From contig NMRA01000188.1 of NCBI GenBank assembly GCA_002633005.1, positions 1-64,000 on the forward strand: a stretch of DNA of 64,000 nucleotides, in the 5' to 3' direction. Origin of the DNA: Phoronis australis (taxonomy: Eukaryota > Animalia > Phoronida). Shown one piece after another: positions 37,801 to 50,462 of this stretch. The notes beneath the pieces are model-generated. The model saw only the letters and a program-made list of their open reading frames with translations. It had not been told where the DNA came from and did no database searches. Within the stretch, counting starts at the first letter, position 1. Every line of letters starts with the position of its first letter. The translations under genes were made by a program, and so were the position numbers.

Positions 37801-38614
37801 AACTAATACTTGTGATATTTCTCAGCAAAACCAGTAGCATCTCTTCAAGAATATCTGCGATATCACTGTGGAAGACTGATTGCCTTTCTCCAAGAAATAT
37901 GCGATGTCTCTGTAGCAATCTGGTTGACTCTCGTCGGAAATATGCATTCTTGAGTAGCTAACAGTGTACTTATAATCAAACAGAATAAAGGTGGGCGAGT
38001 TAGATCAAAACATAAACCCACAAAGTTCCTCCAAATGCTACTCATAGTACCAAAACAACTCTTGGAACAAAAGCATAGGATTCCAACTATGAACTTAAGC
38101 TCTTGCCAAATATGGTCACGGACAGACAAACCTTTAAGTAATTTCTGATAAATAATAACAAGACTATTGTTGTTGCCAGAAATGGCTCACTCCAAAGTTA
38201 ACCAATTCCGGTGAATTTAAAGTTACATAACTCTGCTAGCATAACCTAAACACATGGTTAAAGGAAAATATGCTGATTCATTTCCTATGCACTCATAGGA
38301 GCCAAAAATTTTCAGTAAACAACTAATACCTATAATTAATTACACAACAACCTCTATATACTTAATTAATACTTCTCATACAATATTTTTCTCATGTACA
38401 TAGCTAACCCAAGCTGTAATATATCTGTATCATACTTTAAACGATATAAATAAATGACATGTTCATCCTAAATAAAATCTCCCAGTAACACCCTCGTTAG
38501 CGCAAAATCTGTTTATCGCTATACAGTCCTATTTCAAGTTGTGCGAATTATCACGGTTTCCACCGTTATTTTCCGGTGCTGTGATCAAAATGGGGGAAAT
38601 ATTTTTAATACTGT

Positions 38615-38780
38615 CATAAGTGGATCCACGGGGGTGGGGGTCAAGGGGGTCCGGACTCCCCCTTTTCCCTTGATTTTACTGATATCAAATCTAGAATTTT
38701 CAAATTATTGACTTGGACCGCCGTTTTTAAAAATCATTGATCCGACCTCCCTTTTTAAAAAATCCTGGATGCGTCCCTCA
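38615..38780. mobile_element. Short GGATCC-type hAT-like MITE; related inverted copy near 53080-53208
   Basis: Shared core TAGAATTTTCAAATT.TTGA and GGATCCA-type termini. Confidence 0.45.
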
Positions 38781-38899
38781 ATGTTTCCATTCCAGAAGCT
38801 TAGACACGAAAATAGACATAGAGCACTAAGAAATGAATCGAAGTTAAAACGACACGTTGTTGCACGACTGTTAACGTAATGTTTCAATTTATATATTTT

Positions 38900-39370
38900 C
38901 AGATGGATTGTTTCTAAGTTTCTGACGTTCTTTTAATATTATTGAATAGTTCATTGTATTAATTTGTATATTTCACTATAAAAATTAATCTAGTTATTAA
39001 CACGAAATAATTTAACTAACCTTGAGGATATAGAGACACCTCTAGAGCAGGGTTCGATCAGCAGCTGAGTTGAAAGTGTCAACTGGAATTTGAACAACAC
39101 ATTATATTGCTGAGCGTATTATTTATTAATATACGGGCAAAAATTGATATGTAAACATTGAAGTATGGTAATGATGGCGTTAATCTTAATGTTAGAGACT
39201 CAGTCACGGATTTAGATTTGGGGGAGGCACCCTTCACTAGGCAATGTGGATTACGGAAGATCAAGGTAATGAATTAACATACAAATTATTCTGATGTACA
39301 TGTAATACATTGCATTTCCTACAGTCAGCAACAGAAACATGCATCAGCCGTTGCCGGGTACATCACTAGT
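38900..39370 (-). promoter_or_regulatory. Conserved upstream block of copy C: candidate promoter and non-coding first exon (donor after 39021)
   Basis: Homologous to 54030-54460 and 2030-2540. Minus-strand CAAG|GTTAGT donor here, CAAG|GTAAGT in D and CAAT|GTAAGT in the left block; TATA-like runs upstream. A strong acceptor lies 10 nt before the ATG in copies A, C and D. Confidence 0.4.
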
Positions 39371-39479
39371 AGTAAATGTTTAGCAAATTGCAAGTTACGT
39401 CCCATAATTCTCTAGTCAAGGTTTCGTGTCGCAACCAAACGTATCTGTACCAAATATTGAAAACCAGCTCACGAAATAA

Positions 39480-40060
39480 TCAATTTACCGAACACAGAAT
39501 AAATCGGCGACTGAGTTTCTACATCGGGAACTCGAGTTGAGAGAAGGGCAGGTGAAAATAGCTTATAACAAGAAATTTATCTTCAGCAAACTGTCTGATG
39601 ACGTCCTCAACGTCGACGTTTATTAAGACACCTCTCTCAACATCTGGAAGACATATTGCGCTCAGTGTATCATACGTCATTGTCGTTCTGAGACGATTCT
39701 TCTCTAGTGCCAGTTTGCGAAATGATCGCTCCGCTGAATAGGTCATTATTATCATTCACCGATACGTTCCTCTCCCGTCGAAAATCATTATGATCTCAAC
39801 AATACGTCGAAGAACCTCAGTCCAATATCTTTTGTTCTCCTGTCCTTTCATTTGGAATTCCCTGCCAACGTGAGTGAATTCATTCAAAGAAATTGTATTT
39901 TAGCACACAGTTTTTATGGAATTGGCTATATTCCTAAATTTTCGTGATCTCTTCAGCCGTTTATTAATAGCAGTTATTAAATGCACCTTCTCTGGAAAAC
40001 CTGTAACACTGACAACACATCAAATTACAGTAAAACATTAGACTGCGCCTTTGAACCGCC
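39480..40060 (-). mobile_element. Internally deleted hAT transposase relic (duplicate of 16860-17500)
   Basis: SAERSFRKLALEKNRLRTTMT...LSAICL..VE...DVIRQFA is the hAT C-terminal dimerisation signature; same internal structure as the 17-kb copy. Confidence 0.75.
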
Positions 40061-41228
40061 ATACTGTGATTTACTTTGAGCAAGAAGAAGTATGTTTTTC
40101 TGTGACAGGAAATCATGAGGCATGATCAGATTTATTTGACGCCTCTGACGTATTTTTAGCACTAACTGCACAACTCTCCACTTTAATTTTGTGACTTGAC
40201 TTTGTCCACATGCAGTCAGATCTTTCTCTTCTGAGTACAGGGTAGTCTTCAGATGCAGTATCTTGCACGGCTTCCAAGAATCTAGTTTCTTGCACTCACT
40301 TGCGCCATATCCAAACTGGGAAAGTGAAGAGTCACAATGTGCTGTAATACTGAGTTGTCACAACCAAATGCAAAGCCTCATCATTCTTTATTATACCTTA
40401 AACCCCATTAAATCGAGCACACTAAACACAATGAAGGATGGCTTATGCTATGATTGGTTGTCCACATACTGCATAGGACGTATCGACCAATAAATGCTCG
40501 TAACTCGAGGTCAGTTTGTTTAGATATCGTCAGATGCTGTTACTGGTGTTCTAATTTGATAACTGATCGTCTGTTTGGGTCTGCTGGTGTTTTTGATCAG
40601 CAGTTTGTGATTTAAAAGTAATTCAAACACACCTGTGATATTTTACTACCAATATTCTTAGTACTCCGAGAGAGTGTTCGATCTTTTTGGTAAACTACTA
40701 ATCAAAAACTTTAATTCGCCCATCCCCACCAAGAACCCCACATCATCAAGTACGCCAACACCATTCTCAACTTCATACACATCTTCTCTAAATAAACATA
40801 ACACTATAGAAAACTGTAAGCAAGGATTCAATGCCTTTGGCAAACTGTTAAGAACTTTGGGTACAAACTTTCCTCAAAGCCCAACAATCACCAATCCATT
40901 TTCCTCACCACTCAAACACTCAACAATCAACACTGACTCCTAGATGGAACTCAAGCCCCCTTCTCCGTGTCATTACCGTCGTCTCAGTATAACATGTTAC
41001 TTCAAAGACTCTCCTAAGAAATGCCGCTTGTCTCCTCTTCCAAGCCCTATTGATTAAGTACCCCCCCAGTTGCTCAACCACCCATTTACGACTCAGCACG
41101 ATGTAGGTATTGTGAAGACCCCGTAACCACTCTTCTGTGAACCACATGTCCCTTGTGGCTCTGCATACCATAATTAGTCATTTGTGCCCAACACCATTTC
41201 AGCATTGCCTGCACCATAGTCCAACCAG

Positions 41229-41366
41229 AGTTCCGTTCAGTAACGCTAGGACCTCGCTAAAAAGCAAGACTTCGCGAGATTACGTGAGATATTGCCGTGT
41301 ATTTTAAATGAGAACACGTGACTTTGACTAGATTTCAGCTAGGCCCTAGCGTTACTGAACGCACGC
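41229..41366 (+). mobile_element. Harbinger-type MITE, copy 1
   Basis: TIR CGTTCAGTAACGCTAGG; TSD CAG/CAG; empty site ccaacCAGctt near 19040. Confidence 0.8.
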
Positions 41367-43176
41367 CAGCTTTTTAAAACCTACTTGGTACCAGTATTAC
41401 TCAGTAATGCTCAACCCACATCGTTAACTTGCCACAATTGGATAATTTATGAACGTGTGACCCTCTATTCACTTTAATTCATTTGCATGAAAAATGAACC
41501 AGGTAAAAATCTAACAAGTCTGTCTGCCGGGGTTTATCCCGAAATTGGCGTGGGGTTACTTTTTCGTTTATATTGTATCTTATGGTGTCACCGGAAGTGG
41601 TCTCCCAAACCCTAACGCCGAGGACTACCATGAGGACATGCGGTCGCCTTAAGGTTATCTCCAACCTTTTTCACAAAAATGGTCATTTTTGCAATTTTTC
41701 ACATGTGTCTAGTAAATTATCTTGTCTTCATTCTCGGGAACTTCAAATACAAAATATATACTGCGTAGCGAGAAAAAGATTTAACAGATTCAGCTTGGAA
41801 TCGCACAACCGCGTGGATATTTGTTTACTAGTTACCCGAGGTCAAAGGTTAAAGGGCTTTCGATCAAATCAAATCTCCCTCCAGGTACAGAACAGCTTCG
41901 TATACCCTCAGTCTTTTCATTCACAGAATTGCCATAACATTGAGTAAACGAAGTGTACTTATGTTAGAATGGTGCCGGGGAAAACAAAGACAAAGCATAG
42001 TTTTGATCCTAAGGGAGTTGGGCGTCTACATGCTTACGACCGTTGGCGTTTGAGAACGAATGCTACGGTTGCCTCGGGCCTCTGTGGTCATGAACACAGC
42101 AAATTGTAAAAATAGATAAGTCCTCACCCTCATTCCTTCATTCAATTGACATTTCAATGTTTCGGTGTCATGCTAACGACATGCTTTAACCACTGATTCG
42201 ATTTTTGTTATCCATTTCTTACTTGGTTTCGTATCAGCCTCCCAGCTCGTGACGCGTACAGGCTATGTGTATAACAATGAACTGTGACCTGCTTATATAA
42301 AAGTAGGTCAAATGGTCGCAAATAACAGTAAGAGTTAGCTGGGAACGGTATGTTTTAATGATAATTAAGTTAATTACGCATTGCAAAATCAGTTGACATT
42401 GCGAGTGAATGTTGAAATAGCGAACATATTTAAGGCTTGTATAAGTTATGTGTACCGAAAACAAGCTTTCACCGAATACTGAACCGAAGACTTTGAGATT
42501 TTCACTCGTCCCAGTTCAATCAGCTTTTTCTCGGCTTCCGCAAATTGACTTCATTTGAACTGAGGAACATGAGTTCTCAAAAACGGCTAGGTGGATTTCG
42601 CTGAAACTTTCCATATTTATTATTTAGTCATCAGTCTCAATAACACTGTTAGGATTTTCGATTTAAAGGTCTATTTTTTGCGTAATGTAACAAAGACGAA
42701 TACGACTTCCGTTTTTTTCCAAAGAAACCTTACGTTTTGCCAGTTGATTTGTCATAGAAAACAAACGAAAAGACCTATTGGAAATTCCTAACAATGTTTT
42801 TGAGGTAAGTGATGAAGTTTCCATTTAAAAAAAGTTTCAATAAAATCGACCGAGGGGTTATTTTGCTATGAGTGTACCTTTTTTAAAAATAAAATTTTGA
42901 CTTAAAAAGTTTTTACGTAAAAATAATAATGGTACATTAATACAAAATTATTTTCATATTCCCTTATGTTTTTTCTTTCAGAAAATATTTAAATAGTTTT
43001 TTGATATACGAGAATTATTGAGTGTGTTCACGATGCCGCATAGTTGAAATAGAAATTGACTACGATCCTGGGAAAGGAAAAACTCGACATACTCAAGTGG
43101 TTTTCGAATGCAGAATAACTCTGTGAGTTCCAGCCACTCAACGATACGACTTTGTTTCTTGAAACAGAATGTAATC

Positions 43177-43638
43177 CTGTGGCGGATCTAGAATACCATT
43201 GGGGGGCAACACTTTGTCTCGTAAACAATCCCGCCAAGCACGATCGTAGAGGCGCAGTGTGGAATGGGGGGGACTCGGGAGGGGGGTTTCCTAGTCCAGA
43301 AGAAAATTTTTGTTTTTGCCTCTAAAACAAGCATTTTCCTTGATTTCTGAAGTATTATCAAAGAAAAAAATAAACTGAGAACGTGCAAAACTGAAAAATT
43401 CATAAAAGCCACGGACTCGCCCTCACAACCTTCCTGGCAGAGTGCGGGTGCTCTGCCACTGCGCCAACTTGCAATGTCGTACTAAGAGACATATTTTTTC
43501 ATGGTCCACAGGGCTTGGGTGCGAACGTGCTTCTTTCCGTAATGTTCATTGCGCGCTTCATATTTTGTGCAACGAGTTCGTAGCAAAAGTTGTAGTGTCC
43601 AAAAAACATTGGCCCCTCCACCCCTAAATCCGCCTATG
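43177..43638. mobile_element. hAT-type MITE with 5-bp TSD
   Basis: TSD TAATC (43172-43176, 43639-43643); TIR CTGTGGCGGATCTAG / CATAGGCGGATTTAG; empty site gaatggaatctcagag near 21040. Confidence 0.75.
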
Positions 43639-43768
43639 TAATCTCAGAGAAGACAAGTTTACCGGCAAACCTGTCAGTTTTAAAGATTTACCTCCTACAA
43701 ATCGTAACACCTTGAAGCAAACTGCACCTAACTTCGACATCTTTGGTATACTACCTGGTATTTTAGTA

Positions 43769-44004
43769 TAAAAATAATTGCAGGCGGTCTGATACACGTT
43801 GTACCAGACGTGCGCAGGCCTCGCATGTGGGCCCATTGCACTGATCACCTGGAAATATTTTTTGCTTTATTACTATATGGTTAAAACCGAGCTGAGGAGC
43901 TAGAAACCTGGCTCAAGGGTTTAGCAGTGTGACATGGTGGGACTCGAACCCACGACCTCGAGTAAAGAAAGCGGGCACTTATCAACCAGGCCACACTGCC
44001 TCCT
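43769..44004 (-). mobile_element. tRNA-derived SINE
   Basis: Minus-strand head GGAGGCAGTGTGGCCTGGTTGATAAG (A box) ... GGGTTCGAGTCCC (B box), about 160-nt body, 15-bp TSD CCTGGTATTTTAGTA (43754-43768, 44005-44019); empty site near 21160. Confidence 0.85.
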
Positions 44005-44789
44005 CCTGGTATTTTAGTAAGGTCTAGTATTCCTCTTCAGGCGCTATGGCAATCCAACATTAATTGGGATACACCATTATCTCCTTGGAGTGATCTGTAC
44101 TCAATGATGGAGTGGTTCATCAGGATCTCGAAGATTAAATACGATCACTACACTCCGTTGTTTAATTCCTTAAGAAATGTGAAGGTCAGACTCCGCTTGC
44201 CCACTAGTCACTTCAACGAGCAAGCGATACTTCCGAGTTTTCGATAGTATTGCAATATGGCTACGTTGGTAAAGCTCCAAGCAAGAAGAGGGTGCGATAT
44301 AATAGGTTTTTCATAATACGTGACGATGCTGAGCAGGTAAAAAACTCGCTTACTACCACTACGAGCCTAACAACGACGTTTCACATATTCCGTCCAAGCA
44401 ACTGTCATCGACATTTTCTCTCGTGGAGGTAAAGCTGCCGAAATGCAGAAAATCAATGATGGGTCCGAGTTTCCACCCAGTCTTCAGCTTGAAGCCCTTG
44501 AACCAAATCATACGGTACAATGTACGAACTTTTCAAGATGGAGGCCATTTCAATGCTTTTTCTTCTTATTCAACCAAAGGATTGGATGTGCACAGTCGCT
44601 GTGAAAAACTCTTAATACTTATATGGGGCAATAAGCGCACAACACCGGTGCTAACTGAAATTTCAATGGCAAAATTAGCTCTACCATTTCTGACTGCTGC
44701 CGTTTTGTCTGAGCTTAGCCCCAAAAGTATTCACCAAGCAACTCAAACCAGTTGTGACATTCCTGCGTCGGATGGGAATCAAACTCCTG

Positions 44790-44928
44790 CCTCCCGTTCA
44801 GTAACGCTAGGACCTCGCTAAAAAGCTAGACTTCGCGAGATTACGCGAGATATTGCTGTGCATTTTAAATGAAAACACGTGACTTTGACTAGGTTTTAGC
44901 TAGGTCCTAGCATCTACTGAACGCACGC
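44790..44928 (+). mobile_element. Harbinger-type MITE, copy 2
   Basis: Near-identical to copy 1; TSD CTG/CTG. Confidence 0.8.
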
Positions 44929-46528
44929 CTGATCTACCTCGACGATATCGTCATTTTCAACCAATCCTGAGACTAACTGACCGAAGAGAGAAATACAGCG
45001 TTGTGGCTTCTGCAGAGTACAGGGTTCCTAATAAATTAGGAAAATCCCACCTCATATTGCTCAAAGCATGAAATACCTGGGGTTTCTGATAGTATGCCGC
45101 TTTCTCTTCCGGGTGATAAAGTTAAGTCAATTCAGACAAAGTGTTGCAACCCATTCTCCAAGTCAGAGACAAAGGCTAGGTAACTGAAAACTGAGCAGTC
45201 AAATCACCGCGGTGATGCTCGTAGACCTGCCAGCTTGACTCCACTACAAAAAGAGTTGAAAAGTCATCTGCGATCGATAGGAAGCAAAACCAGTTTTAGC
45301 ACTGAAAACACCGACTACTCCCCCCTTCGTAACACACGTTTAACTCAGTGAGTGTTCACTTATAGCTAGGTCAACTGAAGTTCAGAACCTCTAGGTTTAA
45401 AACTTTCATGGCTAAAACGTTCCCGCTTGGAAACAGGCTGATTGACGAAACACATAATGAAGCCCTCAATGTCCATTTTTCAGAAGTGATTTTGTGTCCA
45501 GAAAAGGACCCCAGGTGGCTCTTTTCGAAAAAAGTGGTAGGCCCACAATGCCCTCATTCAACAGCGGGTACTAAAAGTGCTTTGAGAGATTGTTTGCGAA
45601 TGAGATTAAAAAATTCCGGCGGTGACTTGTTATTACCTGGTTCTTAATTTTCGTTGACTTTTCGTGGAATTATTGTACATTACATTTTTCGCAATAAATA
45701 TTAAAAATACATGGATGATAGATTAAGAACAAAACAACGTCTGCTTTGAAACGCAGGTCAAGTACTTACAATACCATACATATTTTACTTTGTCAATAAA
45801 TGCAGTCTGGCGACGCCTCCGGTAAACTTGAACTATTTTAACGTTTCTTCTAAGGACACAAATTGAGAAGTATATACTTAAAAGACGGTAACAAAAACTA
45901 ATTAAATCGGGTGGCATTCTCCTTTTAGTTGGTGCATAGTTAGCGTTTTTGGCAATGACACCCGAGCTAGAGGAAATGTCGTCAAGCTTTGTGGATTTTA
46001 GATTCGTTGTGGAAGAATTTTCTTGTGTCCACTCGTTACTGCGCTTAAACGGAGTGTTTGAGTTTGCAGCTGCATGATCATTGACTTTTTTCTGACGAAT
46101 GTCAATGAGGAAGTGCCCTATATACGATTGTGTTTGAAATCCAGTGATCATTTTTATTTCACACATGATCGAGATCGTTGTGCATACAACAAAAATTACA
46201 TCATTGACTTTTGTGCCTACCTAAAGCTCCTCAACTGATGTAAGCGTCAGCACCACCTGTACTACGTCGCAACTGAACTATCCATTAACCACATATATGC
46301 ATTGTCATTACCGAATATACAAAGACAGAACTATTCCCATCACCTGCCAATTCATTTCCAATCAAAAAAGAGCAGCAATTAATACATGTAGTTACTTGAT
46401 ATTAAAGAAAATAATCAATCGGTACTGTGCACTTTCTTGACGTTGGGACTTGACAACTACACGTTTACAACACTGCCACGATACTCACTTTGAGTTACGC
46501 AGCCTCTCTCTGGATCCAGAGGTTGTGC

Positions 46529-46534
46529 TTTATT
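46529..46534 (-). terminator. Putative polyadenylation signal AATAAA of copy D
   Basis: About 230 nt after the stop; conserved at the same position in copy C; reads AATAGG in pseudogene B (near 13950). Confidence 0.45.
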
Positions 46535-46764
46535 CAACTGCACATAGCAAACATTTGGAGTGTTAAGTCTCTCCAGCAAAGTAATAGCCAAGGCAGACAC
46601 CTTTGGGAGCTCGTTTGTCATTGCTGAAGGGTCAGTGCTATAACTGAAGGGCTGAGGCTGATGTCACCCCTGTTTACTTGAGTCACTCGTCTCAGAAGAA
46701 AACTACCACTGCCTAAGACCTACTTGTACAGACTAAAACCTAAACCACACAACCAGCAGTTCAT

Positions 46765-47463
46765 TTAAAATTGTAGCAATGCTTCTTCCATACTACCGAA
46801 GTACTTTGAATCAACGAGAAATCGACTTAATTTATTGATCGCCTCACGCCTTGATTCGCCTGACGTCATCACTACTAGAACTGGGCGCACGTACTTGGAG
46901 TTGTCATATATCATTTCTGTCATAGATTTCGGTCCTGCATCCACCATCCGAACACCGTGTTCCTTTGCATTTGATAACATATGTCCGTACGCTGTTTTCA
47001 ATTTATCTATGTGCGTGACCAAGTTGAAGTAATAGGCAGCCACGTGTGTTTTGGGCTCAATCTTCGTCTCATCAACAGAAAGTTCAACGCCACAGCGGAG
47101 TTTTGCATGCATGAGCTGAATGTCGTTAGCGTAAGCTTCTTGAATCAATGTAACCAATCTAATACCTGAAGGACGTGGGTTGATTTCGAGTAACCGTAGT
47201 GACTCTTTACCTTTGACACGAATAAAATCGAGGTTGTATACACCGTGGTGAAGACCGAGGGCTTGACAGCACTGATACGAAGCCTCGATCAATTCCTCGT
47301 GCAGCTTGTCTGAATCGCTACCAGGAATGGTGATAGAAGTGTTCCAAAATTCCGGAAGTGGAGCAGGACCTCTCTCAACAATGAAGCCACCAACAAGATT
47401 TCCTTTCGATATCGTCACGTCAATTCCATACTTAATACCATCTAGATATTCCATTACCAGCAC
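46765..47463 (-). CDS. Copy D coding exon 4 (catalytic ATP-grasp C-domain)
   Basis: tttcAG|GTG acceptor; 232-codon ORF containing EINPR; TAA stop. Confidence 0.92.
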   Translation of the reverse strand: MLVMEYLDGIKYGIDVTISKGNLVGGFIVERGPAPLPEFWNTSITIPGSDSDKLHEELIEASYQCCQALGLHHGVYNLDFIRVKGKESLRLLEINPRPSGIRLVTLIQEAYANDIQLMHAKLRCGVELSVDETKIEPKTHVAAYYFNLVTHIDKLKTAYGHMLSNAKEHGVRMVDAGPKSMTEMIYDNSKYVRPVLVVMTSGESRREAINKLSRFLVDSKYFGSMEEALLQF

Positions 47464-49867
47464 CTGAAATAAACAGAGATCTTCAGTGAGCGACTCTGTA
47501 TTCGCTAGGTGGTGACAATAATAAAGCTTGCAATTCTTAGTAACTCACTGGGTGGAATGAGAACATAAGTCAGAGAAATGTTCCGTAGGCACAAGATTCT
47601 CGCGAGAAAATCTAGTTTGGTCACGTGTTTCGTTCGATAATATCTGACGAAAACTTAACTGATCTTGAGTTTTGTGAGTTTTAGTGTCCACGGAATGCAA
47701 GCTAGTACAGTCGCAATGAAGGCGTCAATGTTCTGTGCAACTTGTGATTACCACAAGTGCATGTATTTCTGTGAGTATAACTCTTTTTCAACAAGCATCA
47801 TCTAATCATTTTCTAGTTCCCATGTTGATTTACATGTAGTTTACCCCAACTAACACGACAGAGTGCCAATATGGTATGAGAACGATAAGAAACGAAACTT
47901 TTTTTACAACGAATTTTTTTGCTTTTGGTGTTGATTGCTTGCTGTAAGATATGATTAAGGAATACGTAACTACCTATAACTGTACCCACTCTAGCCCAAA
48001 CAATAAAAATCAACCAAATTACCGACTGAGTGAATGACAGTTTTTCACACGTTGCGGTCCCAGAAAGCATGCCTGCTGTCAGTTCACTGAAGAATTGTAA
48101 GCAGTTGGTTGTGTCGTAAAGAACTTTGCAACCAACCGAACCGCTTCCACACAAAGGCTTCATGACAACAGGAAACGTTAATTTGTCTAACGATGCCAGT
48201 AGTTCTTTCTCAGTGTTTACAGAGTAGCTAGGCACGCCATACTGAAATAAAACCAGACTGGTGATCGAGTTATCTAAATAACAAAACGGGAGAGAGAGGG
48301 ATCAGCTATTCCGATACATTCAAGCTCAGGGCAAACCGCGTTGGGACTACTGAACTTCCATATACATCTCATATATACAATGCCAAAGTCCCCTGTTAAT
48401 CAAATTACAATCACCTAAGACGACAAACACGTTTATCCAAAAAAGGAAATGGTAAGCCTGCCTGCATATAGTCTTACATGTAGGTAATTCTCGTTCGAGG
48501 GTTGCACAATCGCCTTGCAAATTTAAGACAAGTAGGCCACAAACAACTATTATAACGAGGTATGCGACTTCGGTAACTAGTAGGTCTTTGACCTTGCCCT
48601 TCCAACACTCACTCTGGTCCCCACTGACTCTTTATAGATTGATGTCCCCTATAATTCTCAAATTCTTGGCTCGGTTCTCACAAATCAAAATTTTTTCTAC
48701 TCCCGCGCGTGTCTTGCCCTATTTTTGTCGTAATATTAATAACTACGAGGGCGATCCCTTCATGTACTTGATGAAGTCTTGCAACGTTTGGAAATTAGCC
48801 CGTTTCATTCATCAAGGTCTAATTGCGCATTGCTAATTTAATAATCTGCACTATGTCATTTACTTTGTTAATTAAGCTTTCATAGTTGTACACGGGCAAG
48901 AGGCCAAAGTACTAAAATAAAAAAATTCACTGGTATTTCCGTCGTCCACCTACCTATATTTTAAGCTAAATATCCACTCACCTTTGCAGCTTTTGGAGTT
49001 CTAAGCACGTATTCTTGCGTGATATCCTTCAGGAAACACGCCATGGTACTCTCATAGCTGTCCCCAGGGATCCCGAGTTTTTCACAAACGTGACTTCCAA
49101 CCACGTTCGGAAAATCACCAAAAAAGTAGCCAGCGCTTACCTAGGTACAACATCAGGTGTCTGTATCACGCAAACATTAAGATGCAATGCATACAAAAGT
49201 GATATTAGTTTTATAGAGCCATGACGTTGGATTGGATTCGGCAAGTCTCTTGGGTATTTGAAATCTGTGCCAGCGGACAGTTTAGAAAATGGACCTATAT
49301 TAAAAGAGCGGCTTTTCAAAAACAATCACCGGAAAACATTTTGCGCAGGTATTCAACTTTTGACGTGCCCAACTTTTCAGCGCCGTAAGTCTCACTTCTG
49401 CACACATGATCATTTTTGCACAAGAACAGGAATGTGTTGCATTGAGAATACAAATATCGAGGCATGGTATGTTCTTTTAAGGCTTTTTATCAAGTAATAT
49501 ACGACTGTCTATTTAGTGCGACCGAAGTCCTAATTAGGTGTTAAAAGAAAACACTCACGTTAATGTTCTTCCCCTTCAGCCATTTGATTATTCCGGCACT
49601 TATTTCTTCAACCGTACGACCATCCTCTTTTTCGTGGACCAGACCATCAACATTAAACTCATCAATGATTCCCAAAGACTTCATTTTTTCACACCAGTAG
49701 CGGTTCTCTTCGTTGCTTTGAACTATCAAACAAAGTGATTTAAGTCCCAATCTCTTAAGTTTAGCAAAGAAAGAAGTATGCATCTCCTCCTCAGTAGTTA
49801 CGAAGACTCGATTTCGAATACACAGAACCGTTTTCTCAGCAAGAGGCCCGAATGGTTTATACTCCAT
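46765..49867 (-). CDS. CARNS1-like: Copy D: intact 4-exon ATP-grasp ligase (CARNS1 C-terminal half / L-amino-acid ligase-like), 461 aa
   Basis: Exons 49867-49559, 49140-48982, 48241-48023, 47463-46765 (103+53+73+232 codons plus TAA); all GT-AG, phase 0, no internal stops. ATP-grasp motifs: CFLKDITQ, FPVVMKPLCGSGSVG, VMEYLDG, GVYNLDF, LLEINPRPSG. Exon 4 resembles the recalled CARNS1 C-terminus (AFVSDNGP, CCLGCGL, GVFNVE, LIEINPRMGG). Confidence 0.9.
48023..48241 (-). CDS. Copy D coding exon 3 (YGVPSY...FPVVMKPLCGSGSVG...TQS)
   Basis: tttcAG acceptor, TCG|GTAATT donor, 219 nt; ATP-grasp lid lysine and glycine loop. Confidence 0.9.
48982..49140 (-). CDS. Copy D coding exon 2 (VSAGYFFGDF...KLGIPG...CFLKDITQ...AAK)
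   Basis: cctAG acceptor, AAG|GTGAGT donor, 159 nt open frame translated by hand; not in the ORF track. Confidence 0.85.
49559..49867 (-). CDS. Copy D coding exon 1 (MEYKPFGPLAEK...KGKNIN)
   Basis: GCCATGG start context; ends AAC|GTGAGT; 309 nt, same length in copies A and C. Confidence 0.85.
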
Positions 49868-50462
49868 GGCTGTATTCCTAAAATAAATCAATTATTACTG
49901 ATGGTGATGATGTCAAAGACAGTGGCAATTTCATCTAAGTTAGAAAACGCATGTACTGATACTTGCAAATACTTTATATTTAGTGGTGGTTGATGTGAAA
50001 CGTCGTAATACGGCAAGAAAATTGTGTATTAACACGGACATCAATATTACATGATAATTCGTAACATTAGATTGGTCGATACCAACAAATATCAACAAGG
50101 AAATTGACTTCTTAGAACGAATTGAATCTCTACAAAGATGAGTTTGAAGTAGTAGGGGGTGGTAGGGAACGCCGAAGCTAAAAGATGGAAGTGGGTTTCC
50201 CGCTCCCTTCCCCAACTTTGAAGTCAGAATACCTAATAATTCACAAAATGACCTACTCGTGACATGAATGGTACGTTTACAAAAGATGACTCTAACGCCA
50301 ACCCTTGCCTCCAGATAGTCCACTGTCCTTTTTTAGTGTTCATTTAATAGTAAAACACGACATTTGTACAATTCATAAACAGTTAAAGGAGTAAAAATGC
50401 ATGCTTATGACCCAGGTAATTCCATTTGTTGCGTGATTAGGAAATAATTTCTAAGAGCTCTG

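Noticed and set aside
43930-44004. tRNA gene
   Set aside because: It has A and B boxes but continues into a non-tRNA body, is flanked by a 15-bp TSD and is absent from the paralogous site, so it is a SINE head.
44423-46166. 132-aa and 147-aa ORFs downstream of copy D as partner pathway genes
   Set aside because: No recognisable motifs, no counterpart in the duplicated unit, and the first runs into a MITE; I see no evidence of accessory biosynthetic genes in this window.
47813-49738. Plus-strand ORFs and read-through extensions overlapping the ligase exons
   Set aside because: These are antisense shadows or intron read-through, explained by the minus-strand exon model.
23559-49867. Bacterial contamination or recent horizontal transfer of an L-amino-acid ligase
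   Set aside because: Three conserved spliceosomal introns, eukaryotic TE context and CARNS1-like motifs; an ancient transfer cannot be tested without a phylogeny.
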